DNA of 64,000 bases. Source: Blastocystis sp. Blastoise. Taxonomy: Eukaryota > Protista > Bigyra: Opalinata. Below the pieces are notes generated by a model. The model saw nothing but the letters and a program-made list of their open reading frames with translations. It had not been told where the DNA came from and did not search any database. The translations under genes were made by a program, and so were the position numbers. How positions within the stretch are numbered: position 1 is the first letter of the stretch; each line of letters begins with the position of its first letter. Below are positions 15,750-32,825 of this stretch, piece by piece. The stretch spans positions 992,001 through 1,056,000 of the forward strand of contig JBBPEB010000021.1 in assembly GCA_039096225.1 (NCBI GenBank), in the 5' to 3' direction.

Positions 15750-17313
15750 ACTATATGTTATCATATTTATTCATATGAATATTATCTATTATTATCTATA
15801 TATTAGATTAAATAAGATATATGATGGTGTTCGTAATAAGGTGAAATCAAAAGGATCTTTAATTAATTACTTCTTTAATAAGGGTCTACTTACTAAAGAA
15901 TATAGACTGACTCATAATGGGAAATATACTCATGGATTCTATGACTCATTCATCTTTAATCCTGTATATATTATACTTTTCATTATTACTTTTAGTAGTA
16001 TTTACTATTCTTAACCTATTTATATATATCTATATATATATATCTATATATATATATCTATATATATATCTATCTATAGATAAAGAAAGTAGTAGGTTTA
16101 GATCATATTCGATTAGTGATTTCTGGGTCTGCGTCTTTATCTCCTGAAGTTGTTACTTTCTTAAGAACATTCATCGGATGCCCCGTCATTGAGGGTTATG
16201 GTACGAGTGAAACGGCTGGAGCAACTACATTACAATTTACTTGGGATTATTCAAGTGGTATATACATATTATTATTATTAATATATATAAATAGTATTAG
16301 TAATACTGAATCACATATATTATTATTAATATTGAATCATATATATTTATTAATCAAGAATATATTTTCTATAAATATAAGTAGATTAATAATCCTATTC
16401 TATATATATTTACATTTACGTTACTTATATATATATAGGTAATGTAGGAGGCAATATAGGTTCATGTGAAATGAAGTTAATAGATGCAGATACTATGGGA
16501 TATAAAGTAACAGATCGTATACATAATAATATTCCTTGTGTTGCTAGAGGAGAAATATGTTTACGTGGACATAATATTAGTAGTAGATTCTATAGAGAAG
16601 AATTAGAATTATTAGATTCAGAAGGATGGTTTCATACCGGAGATATTGCTGTCTTACTTACCAACTATTCTATTAAGGTAATATATATATATATATATAT
16701 AATATTCATTTAAATCATTATTTTTGTTATATATATTAAAATAGTATAAAACAAATTTTTATTTATAATATAATATATAGATAGTAGATCGTTTGAAGAA
16801 TTTCTTTAAATTATCTCAAGGTGAATATGTAGCTGCAGAGAAATTAGAATTAATCTATACTTCTTCAAGTTATATTTCTCAATGTTATATATATGGAGAT
16901 AGTACCCGTGATAGTTTAGTAGGTATAGTAGTACCAGAAGAATATACTATAAAGAAATGGTGGAAAGAATTACATAATAATGATACTCAAGTATCTAGTT
17001 ATACATATGAACAAATATGTAAAGAACAGGAAACAAAAGACTTATTATTAAATGAAATGAAATCATTACATAAACAAAATGCACTTCGTGGATTTGAACG
17101 TGTTATTAATATATATGTTGATAGTAATCCATGGACTGATCAAAATAACATGCTTACTCCAACATTCAAATTAAAAAGAAATATCGCTAAACAAAAGTAT
17201 ATTTATAAATACTAATATTATTTTATTTTTATAGTATTATTTATAATATTTTAACTATTCTATTCTCTATATATAGGTATCAAGATATCATTAATTCTCT
17301 TTATTCTCATTAA
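14104..17313 (+). CDS. Long-chain acyl-CoA synthetase (ACSL/LACS), about 15 exons
   Basis: ICYTSGTTGTPKG, YLSYLPLAHVLER, EGYGTSE, GWFHTGD, DRLKNFFKLSQGEYVAAEKLE, LTPTFKLKR. Confidence 0.95.
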
Positions 17314-17986
17314 TCAACAACTTATTTTAATATTCAAATGATACTCTATCTATACACTCTATGCTTTCTTTCTTGTTCTATTTTAATCTTTTGATTTTCT
17401 TTTCTATAATACTTTTGGTTCTTATTCATTAGTTCATATTTTTCTTGTTATTTCACCGTCATTTAAATTATCAATTAGTTCTTTTATGCCTATTGTTTGT
17501 TAAATTGTCTTTTTTTAATGCTAGAAATTAGTTATATGCCCTATAAGTATATAATGAAATTTTTAATGAATAAAATGCTTCAAAACATACAGACGAAAAG
17601 AATTTGTTGAACCAGAATCTTTTTTGCTAGTTTAAATTGAGAAATATAACTTTTATTATCATAATACTTAATAATGTCCAATAATATATAATAAAAAATT
17701 GTTATTGACTAAATAGTTGACAATTATGATTGAAAGAAAGCAAGCAATTTATGATTATACAAATATTTGACTGATTGTGTTGTTCATTATAATTGCTAAA
17801 TAGTTAACACAATAAGTAGCCATGGTTATTGATTGAAAAACAAAACATAAAAAAATAATCCTGGAATATTTCGAAAAAAAGCGAAGAAGACACGAAGTTT
17901 CATGCTTTTCAACAAAATTTTTAAAAAAGAACGGACGTTTGTTAACAGTGTTTATATAGTACTTTTCCAGTCTATTTGTTGATTAA

Positions 17987-22209
<4,223 letters not shown>

Positions 22210-23020
22210 ACATAAATAACAATTCAAACAACTATTATTCTTTCAATATACTTTTTATATAATTAACTTTTCCAGTCTGTTTTCTTTTTTTTTATTACTT
22301 TTCTATTTTTTTTTACTTTGATGTGACGTAAGCTGTCATTTACATTCCTATTCTCCATTTTCAATAAGATTTTTTTTATTTTCCATTTTAAAAATTAATC
22401 ATTTATTTCCATTATCTATGGATAAACTCTATTCTTTCGTTTACTTAATAGATATTATGATTTCTTTGGGATTCTCACGTTAATGGACTCATAATTGTGT
22501 ACTTTTTATATTTTCAATATGAATAACTCAATGATATGGCTCTATTTCAGTGAAAAACGCAATAATTAATGAAAAAAAAACAAAATCAATTCTTCATTGT
22601 CATAAATTATATTAACTAATATTATGAATAGAATACACATATACTATATATCATCATTCTTCTTTCTAGCCATTATCAATAAACTCATTAAAAAAACATA
22701 ATTTTCAAAAGTCAAGATTTCATAATTATTAGAAGGTAGATATATCATAAAGTTTATCAGGACTAGGAAATAAATATAAAACCTTTCTAGTATCCTCAAT
22801 CTATTAAAAAAACTAAGCAAAACAAATAAAAAAAAACGAACTTTAAAAAAAAAATACTAGGGTTCACAGAATGAAGATAATCATGGGGATTTCATTATAT
22901 ATACACAGATTTATTGGCTGTTTTTATAGAATATTCTATCATTTTTCCTGCATTTTTCTTTTTCTTTTAGTAAAAGATATATCTACATTTTAATTATTAT
23001 TTAATTAGTATTCAATTATT

Positions 23021-23671
23021 ATGAGCGCTCCTTGTGATAGACGTATTAAGGCTGATTACCTTCTTCTTCAAAAGAAACCTTTAGAATATGCTACTGTTAC
23101 TTTAGAAGATAACTTAAGAGTTTGGACTGTTAGTATTATGGGACCTATTGATTCTCCTTATGAAGGTGGTACTTTCCAAGTTCAATTAACTTTCCCTGAT
23201 AATTATCCTCATAGAGCTCCTGAAGTATATATTGTCTCTTTTATTAGCTGATTTTTTTATTATATATACTATTTTTATTATCTCATTCTTGATGAACTTC
23301 CAGTTATTATTCATTTTTTTATAGATTAAGTTCATTACTAAGATCTATCATCCTCTTATTGATCATAAGACTAATGATTTCTGTCCTGAAGAAATTGTTA
23401 GTGCTTGGAAACCTATTTTCCATGCTGATTTTGTTATTTCTACTATTTATAAGATGTTAGAAGTATGTTATTTTATTATTATTTTTATTATTATCTTTAT
23501 TTTTTTATTATTTTATTATTATTATTATATAAATTCTACATTTATTATGTTTAGAATCCTTCTATCTATCAACAAAAGGGTCATGATGATGATATTATGT
23601 TCCAAATCAGAGAATCTTATGAAAAATTTGTTGAAACTGCTAAACAATGGACTGAAAATGAAGCTATGTAA
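23021..23671 (+). CDS. Ubiquitin-conjugating enzyme E2, 3 exons
   Basis: GPIDSPYEGGTF..FPDNYPHRAPEIKFITKIYHPLID....FC...WKP..EKFVETAKQWT. Confidence 0.92.
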
Positions 23672-24498
23672 AGATAATCTGTTTACCTATCTGATAATAA
23701 AGATTATTGTCGCAAAATAGTCTTGCTTAAATATATTTATCTATTTTTTTCTTTAAATAAATAAAGTGTTCATTGCTTTCTTTTTAATGATTCTATGTTT
23801 TTCTAAATATTTTAATAGGTTTTTATATATATTTTTATGTATATGTATTATTTATATTTTGTCTTGTTTGTAGACGTTAATATTTGAATGTTGCCTGTTT
23901 TTCTTTTGTTAATATGATAAAATACCATAAGTAGTTTATAATATATATATATGAATAACAAAAGAATCTAGAAATATAAATAATGTTTTTTACTAAGAAT
24001 AATGAGTTTAATAGAATAAAGAAAACAGTATTGAATGTGGAAATAGAGCAAAGTATTCACATAAATAAATAGTATATATAAAGAAAAGAATGAAATATAT
24101 ACAGTAAATAATTATTTTTTAAAAAGCAAAGTATTTTAATATAATGATAATAATGAAAAGAATATTTAGAGATAGAGTATAAAGAGAATAAGAATAATGA
24201 ATTAAATGAAGAAAAAAAAGTTCATATATATAATAGTTCTATAGATAAAGATATTATATAATGATATATATATATAAGCAAAGAGTATGTATTAGCAAAT
24301 AAATAAAAAAGTAAATAATTATATGAATGATGACAATAGAAAGATAAAATAGAGTATATACTATATATAGAATACAAAAAGAATATTTATATAATGTAAA
24401 TATATACGTATATTGTAATACATATATAGATATATAGATATGAATATATATAAATAGATATGAAAATATATGTATATATATATATAAGAATAATAATA

Positions 24499-24978
24499 TT
24501 ACATTTGTGTTAACGGAACTTCTAAGAGAGGTGCGTTGAGAGGGACTCCATAACGATGATCATTTTGATTGGAGGATTGATGGAATCGTAACGGTAAATA
24601 AGAATAAAAAGAAATACAATTATAGGCAATACATGAAAGACACTATAAGGAATATATAGATATAATGAATAGAGGAATAGAGGAATAGAGGAATAGAAGA
24701 ATTAGAAGGATTAGAAGGATTAGAAGGAATATAATGAGTATATAGAATATATATAAATATGGTAAAAGGTAATAAAATAGAGAACATATAGAAAATACCA
24801 TAAGAATAAAGAAGAATACAAAAGCTATTATAGCAATTTCCAATGTTCCAAAAGATTTCATTCTTGCACATACTCCAAAACAATCTGTTGCATAAGGATT
24901 AATAGAAGAACAGCCATTCGTGAGGTCTGCAGCTGATATATAGGGATTATAATAACTACGTATCTATATATATATATG

Positions 24979-25023
<45 letters not shown>

Positions 25024-25028
25024 TGAGA

Positions 25029-25067
<39 letters not shown>

Positions 25068-26330
25068 GACAACAACTAGATATAACAATAACTATATATA
25101 TATATGTATATAACTATATATATATATACATGTATAGAGATAGGATTCATCTGTGAGTTAGACCATCGAAAGGGACTCCAACGAAAATCAGATCCCGGCT
25201 CACAACCAACCTCCTGGAAACTATATATATATATACATATTATATATATATATAATTAATAATATAGAGAATAATAATATAATAAAATTAAAAAAATAAT
25301 AATAAAATAGTATATATAGTCAAATAATATAAATATAAATACTAAAACAATAAAAATATAAATTCAAAAATAATATAAATATAAATAGTACAACAATTTC
25401 ATAATACATTATATATACAACACAATATAAAAGATATATTATCATATAAATATAAATATAAATATATAAATATATATATATATATATAATACTGTTCATT
25501 GTCTATACTATATCGTCCATATTGATTGATTACTCTAAGACATATTCCCAGTAAGTACTCTTGTACTATACATACATTGGAGGACCATTCTCCTTCTAAA
25601 CTATGACATTTCTTTACACATTCTGTACTATATAGTTATATATATATTATTATTATCTTAATATATAAAAATAGCATAATTAATTTAATAATATATAATC
25701 CTATATAATATTTTTAAAAAATGAAAAATATATGTAAATAAATAATATATTGATAATAACATACGAGCTTTCAGGATTGCAATTAAGTTCTACATTTGTA
25801 TAGACTCTTGTTCGTTTGAAATTAATTTCTTGACTCCAAATAATAGTTTTATTGAAATATACTGATAAGATTTGTGGTGTAGAATAATAATTGAATGTTC
25901 CTTTATAATACAACTCATCCGTATCTATACATCCCTCTGGAGGGTCATATTCACAATCACAAGTATCTCTTATGGGCCAATTATAACCAAATTTTGTAGG
26001 TATTGAAACACATTGAGACGAATAGCCATTCATCTCGGCAGTAAAATGTTGTTTTCTGAATGCATCAATATCAACATTATTCCAATATCTTGCTCGTTCG
26101 TTGTATCTATCATAATTCATAATAAAAATTTATAAAAAAAATGTTATAAAATACAATTGTAATGACGTAGATCGTTGATTTTTGTTGCTTGCAGAGTAAT
26201 AGAAGAACAAGGCAAATAATGGCGGTATGACAATACACAAACCCAAGATAATACAAATAACATTAGTAACTAATATTGCAGTACCATGTTTCTTATGGCA
26301 TTCTCCATTGACAGATTCAAGTTTCCTCAT
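24499..26330 (-). CDS. Unknown membrane protein: N- and C-terminal TM helices flanking a Cys-rich loop, 6 exons
   Basis: All introns are GT-AG and join in frame from MRKLES to ...LLEVPLTQM*. Confidence 0.75.
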
Positions 26331-26963
26331 TCTTTAGTATCTCAATTATTCTATTTAAAGACGTATATATGAAATAATATACTAAAATAGTATAAGTTGA
26401 ATAGAACCGCTTCTTTGAGGAATTTTTTGAACAAATAAAAAATATATTGTATATAAGTGTTTTTATAGAATGAATAGTATCATCTGCTTTTTAAATACTC
26501 AATTATTTATTATTGTATAACTCAAAGATTGTTCTATCTATATTAGCAATTTCATTTTATTTTAACAACATTTAGCATTTAGGTATTTGAGTATTTTAGT
26601 CTATTTTAAAAAATTGATGTTACGAGAATGATTCTGGAACTATGGATAATACAACATTATTCCTCTTTACAGTTATCATTCTTTTTTTGGTTGTCCATTA
26701 AGTATTCCTTCGATTAATGTAGTTTATTTTTCATATACAGGTGGTGAGATTTTGTGTGTTTAAAAAAAATGTTGAAGGATCAATAGTTATGAAAGCGAAG
26801 ATTTTGTGATTTTGTGGTTTTGTGATTTATGAACTCTTTTTGATTTAAATAGTAGGATCAAGACATCCAAATAGATATAAGAAAAGGATATTTGATGGTG
26901 ATTTTGATATTCTTTAAAATAGATGGTTCATCTATTTCAGTTTTCTACTATTAAGAAATAGCG

Positions 26964-28858
26964 ATGAGTTCTTCTTTAAATTCTATATCTGACTCTGATC
27001 TAGTTCACCTTCGAAAGTATTGAATAATATTTTAAATTATAAATATTTTTCTTAAAATATATTAAATATAAAGGATTTATACACTTCCTACAGGGAAAAA
27101 GAATGATAATGTTGTGAATTCTATAGAGAGTCTTGTTGATTTGAAGATACCAAAGAATCTATATACATATCGTACTGAATATTATGATCAGATGATTCAT
27201 CGAAATAATAAGAAATTCATGAAAGTATATACAATATACTATATTGATAATATATATGTATATAGGGATATATAAAACGATATGAAAATGAAAGAATTAA
27301 GAATATTACATATAAGTATTATAAAGAATCAAATGATCAGGTATATATATATATATTATTATTTTTGTTATATAAGTTCTTAATAAGAATATATATGTAG
27401 TTATAATATATATATAAATTTATATAGTATATTTTATCTTCATCTATCAAAACATCAGATATGAGTATGTTATATATATATAAACTTTAATTGTTCTTAT
27501 ATATATGTAGATTATTGTGTCTTTCACTCTTCAAAAATTCTGAGATTTGATGAAGATGTTTGGAATCAACCTCATTCGTATATATTATATATATAAATTA
27601 TGATTATAATTATTATTTTTATATGTATTATGCTTTTATATAATATATTATTTATTATAATATATATTTGAATTATGAGTTTTAAATATATTATTTCTTA
27701 TTAATTATAAAGTGTAGATTATAAATTATTATTATTATCATTATTGTTATTATTATTATTATTATAATTTTTATTATTATTATCATCATTTTTATAATTA
27801 TAATTATAATTATAATTATTATTAAGCAAATAAGCATAATAATAATAATAATAATATATAGCGGTGACATAGCTATTTTAGAGAAAGGTCTAGAAACAGG
27901 TGTTTATATATTAAGAAGATACACACGCCTCACCAAAAGTGTATATATATATTAAGAGTTTTTATATATATATTAAGAGTTTTTTTATATACATGAAAGA
28001 TATAATAATGTGTGAATAATATATATATAGTTATCAAAACGAAAAGATGACATTATGTTAATTTATATATCTCCAGATATTTGTCAAGGAGTATATATAT
28101 ATATATATAACATATATAATATATATATTTTTAGGTTCCACCCAGTGTTCATATACATATATTACCATTTTCTCTTCAATATAATAAGAAATATAATCCA
28201 AAATATTCACTTTCTCCTTTAGAATCTATATGTGTCTATAACTATATTGAAGATATAGAATATCATCCTTCTAAAGAATGTTCTACAGAGTCAAACTCTT
28301 CTTTAATTAACTCTATTAAACAAACTACACATTATTTATGGTCTCAACTTGTATTTATATTCTTAGCTATATAAAGAAATATATATATTAAATATATATA
28401 TTAAATATATATTATAATTTATAAAAAAAATGAATTATATATATATTTATAATATAATTAAATAGAGTTTAGAGCCAGATCATGATGAAGAAAAGAAGAA
28501 TGTTATTCATATGAAAAACAAAGAAATAAGTATATATATGTATATATGATTATATATATGATTATATAGGTTTTGATCCAATTAAATATGAATGGAAATA
28601 TGATTTTGGAGATCGATCTTCTGTTCCTTATTTATATGAAACAATTCTTGAATATTATGTATGCTATTCATTTATTATAAATATAATTTTTTTTAGAGTC
28701 CTAACTGTAAAAAGTATTTAGAAACTCTTAGAATAAGTAAAAGAGATTTCGATCTATTTAATCTTGACATATATACGTTGCTAACTCCTCTCCAAGGATT
28801 TGCCGTTTTCATGGCTCTTCAACTCTATGAAATCGAAAACAAAAATTCACCTTTCTAA
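26964..28858 (+). CDS. Divergent tubby-domain protein built from about 11 short exons (absent from ORF track)
   Basis: Hand splicing gives GYIKR...TYKYYKESNDQYILSS, IHMKNKEISFD...WKYDFGDR and FNLDIYTLLTPLQGFAVFM, collinear with the tubby C-terminal domain. Confidence 0.72.
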
Positions 28859-29396
28859 ACAAATATTTCAAACAATTTATATATTAATATGAAATAGTAT
28901 TTGAATTGTAAACTAAGCCATATAAATTATTTATCCTTGTATTTATTTTTTTTGTGATTGTGAATTGTATAGTGCTAATTAATATCTTGATTTATTTTCT
29001 TGAATTATACTCATAGTCTTGTGATTATTACAATATAATATCATGAAAAATAAAACAATAATTCATAAAAATTGACAATTACATAAAAGAAATACATATT
29101 TACTATTCAACTTATGTTCCCATATATATGTATAAGTAAATTAAAATATAAATTGATGCACTAGCTGATCAGATAGTGATTAAATCAAAGAATCAACAAC
29201 AACAAAAAATGGATTAAAACTAGTTAATTTTGAAACTTGTGATAGAATTTCGCGGCTTTTTTATGTGTTTCTTTATAACTTTAATTCACTAAATGAATGC
29301 TCCAACTCTACATTCAGCAAAAGAGCTTTGCTTATTTGGATTTAAACATATATATTTGTGATACATTCATATTTAATATATTGATTCTATTATATA

Positions 29397-30289
29397 ATGA
29401 ACAGTAATTATAACTTCCAATATATGACTCATGTGCCTAATGGTACGGAGATGGTCGATATTGTTCTTTCTAGAACCCAAAGAAGGACCCCTACCGTCAT
29501 CCACCCTGGGTATATAATATTGAAATCGAGATAATACTATCAATTTTTATAGTTATAAGATTAAGAGAATTCAAGCTTTCTACATGAGAAAGGTGAAGTA
29601 TACTCAATCTACTTGTATTGAAAAATTACAACTTATCATTGATGAGTTCCCTCATTTAGATGTATTTATATATTTTTATTTTTATGTCATAACTTTTCTT
29701 ATAGGATATTCATCCTTTCTATGCTCATCTTATTAGCGTTCTCTATGATTGTGATCAATATAAACTAGCTCTGGATCAGATTAATACCGCTAAAGATATT
29801 ATTACCAAAATTGGTCAAGATTATATCTGTTTACTTGAATACAGTGATACATTATACAAATGCAAGCAATTAAAACATGCTGGTCTTGGTAGGTATGTGG
29901 TATTTTTATTTTAATGGCTTTATTTTTAATACAATTAAATTTATTTATATATATATATATATAATTTAATTATATATATGTATATAGAATGTGTACTGTT
30001 TTAAAGAAGTTGAATAGTTCTTTATGTTATTTAGAAGAATTTCGTAAACATTTAAGCCGTTTACCTGCTATTGATCCTAAATCACGTACTTTAATTCTTT
30101 GTGGTTTCCCTAATGTAGGTAAAAGTAGTTTTATGAATACAGTTACTAGAGCTAATGTAGATGTTCAACCGTATTTTATTTATTATATATATATATATTT
30201 CTTATTTCTTATTTATTTATTATTTTTTGTTGTTGTTGTTATTATTATTAGTTATTATTATTTTTTAAAAATCATTCAATAAACACTTA

Positions 30290-30345
<56 letters not shown>

Positions 30346-30870
30346 GCTTTCACTACAAAGAATTTGTTCTTGGGTTATATGGATTATAAGTCCTTAAGAT
30401 GGCAAGTTATTGATACTCCCGGTATTCTTGATCATGATCTTGAAGAAAGAAATGTATATTATTATATTTATTTTTACTATTTTTATATTATATTTATTAT
30501 ATTATAGACAATTGAAATGCAATCTATTATTGCTTTAGCTCATCTTCATTCTTGTATATTATATTTCTTAGATATTTCCGAACAATGTAATTATACTCTT
30601 GAAGATCAAGTATATATTATTATTTTATATTATTATTATATATTATTATGTTTATTATGTTTATTATTATTATTATAGCTCTCTTTATTGCGTAATATTC
30701 GTCCTTTATTCTCTGGCAAGCCTTTATTCCTTGTATGTACTAAGACTGATGTTCTTCGTTTAGATCAATTAGATCCTGAACATAGAGCTATGGTTGAACA
30801 ATCAGCTAAAGACACTGAAGCTACTCTTATGCATATTAGGTATGCTTTTATTAATATTATACTTATTATG

Positions 30871-30933
<63 letters not shown>

Positions 30934-31720
30934 TATATATTATGTTTATTATTATTATTATATATAGTTCTCTTAAGCAAGAAGGTATATCTGAATTACG
31001 TAATACTGCTTGTGAACAGTTATTTCAATTACGTATAAGTACAAAGATGAGTTCTAAGAAGGTTAAGACTGATACAGAGATGTTGAATGTAACTATGCCT
31101 CAGAAACGTGATGATATTGACCAACCTGTATGTCTACCTAAACAATTAAAGATATTACGTGATCAAAATGCTCAAACTAAGACTGTGGTGAATACAGGTA
31201 GAACAGGTAGAGATGAACAAAAAGATATGGAAGAAGAAAGAGATGCTAGTGGTGTTGAAAGAAGAAAAACGCAAAAGGAAATCCAATGGGAACATAGTGG
31301 GTATATATGTATTAGTATTTTATGTTTATTATGTTTATATTATTATATTTATTATATTATTATATTTATTATATTTATTATATTTATTATTATTATTATT
31401 ATTATAATTATTATATTATTATGATTATATTATTTTTATATTTATTATATTATTATATATATATTATAATTATATTATAATAAAAATAATTATAATATCC
31501 ACAGTTCTGATGTATATGCTATGGACTTAGCTGAGCATTATGAGGGAATGCTTCAAAATATGGAATGGATACATGATATTATGAATGGACACAATATCGC
31601 CGATTTCAATGATCCTAATATTGAACAACAATTAACTGTATTTATATAATACATTATTATTCATTATTATTATTATTATTATATTTATTATTATTATTAT
31701 TATATTTATTATTATTATAC

Positions 31721-31752
<32 letters not shown>

Positions 31753-31888
31753 GGAATTAGAGAAGGAAGAATTAGATTTATCTGCTTTAGATGGTATTGA
31801 AACAGAAGTTCCTCTTACTGAATTAAATCAATGGATATTAGAAACTTCAAAAACAGTTAAAGATAAGAAAACTGTCTTACAACTATAG
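29397..31888 (+). pseudogene. NOG1: Nucleolar GTP-binding protein NOG1/GTPBP4 copy, degenerate and C-terminally truncated (about 522 aa); frame still open
   Basis: [39 protein letters not shown]. Many substitutions at conserved sites, a NOGCT deletion and TAG at 31886. Identity is certain; pseudogene status is inferred. Confidence 0.65.
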
Positions 31889-32825
31889 AGATGATAGGTT
31901 AAGTAATAAGACTTCTATTACTTCATATAATTACAGTAAATTACCGTAATGAGTAGTTATGAAGAACGGAATGAAAAATAAATAAATACAAATAAAATAT
32001 CGCTATTATTCTTATGTTTTCAGCGTCATAGAAAAACGAAAAAAAAAACGTTTTTCCAATGATTTCTTTATTAGCCAATTTGTATTGTTTAAATTAGTGG
32101 TTCATTTAGAGTTGACTAAAAAAAATCTTTGATAATAAGTCTATATGAGTATATAGAAAGAATCTGCTTTTATTATGTTAAGACAGAAATATTCGTAGGT
32201 GATTTATAAAAGGAATAGTAATAAGGTTATTAATTGTATTTATGATCAATTTATACGTTAATACATTGATATAAAACATTTCATAGATTTTGAACCGAGT
32301 TATGTCAACACGGCTAATTTATTTTCATTCATTCTACGTTAAAAACTATATAATAATATAGATTAACAACAAAAGATAGTAATATATCATTTAATGAAAA
32401 TATTGTAAATTAAGAGCATCTTCTTTGATTTGTTGTGTTTTTTTTTTGAAATAAATATATACTCAACGTATGATAAATAGAAAAATATTGCATATTTCTT
32501 GATAAAATAGTTGTCATTCGTTAGAATCAATTAATTCACCTCTTTTCTTTTTAAAAATTCATTTACGTAATTTATAGATCATGCTATAACATATTCATGG
32601 AGAATAATGTACTTTAGAGTAGCCTAGAATGAAAAACAAGCTGTTTCCATAATTGCAAAAATTTCCATTTTATTACTGAGAAAGAAATTGTAATTCAATA
32701 ATTCGTTAACAAAAAAACAACCATTCATTTTCCTTCAGACTCACGGTTATTTTGGTAAAAAAAAAAACAAAGTTCATCTTTTAACTATAATAGCTATTAT
32801 TCTGTTATTCATATAAAGTAAAAAA

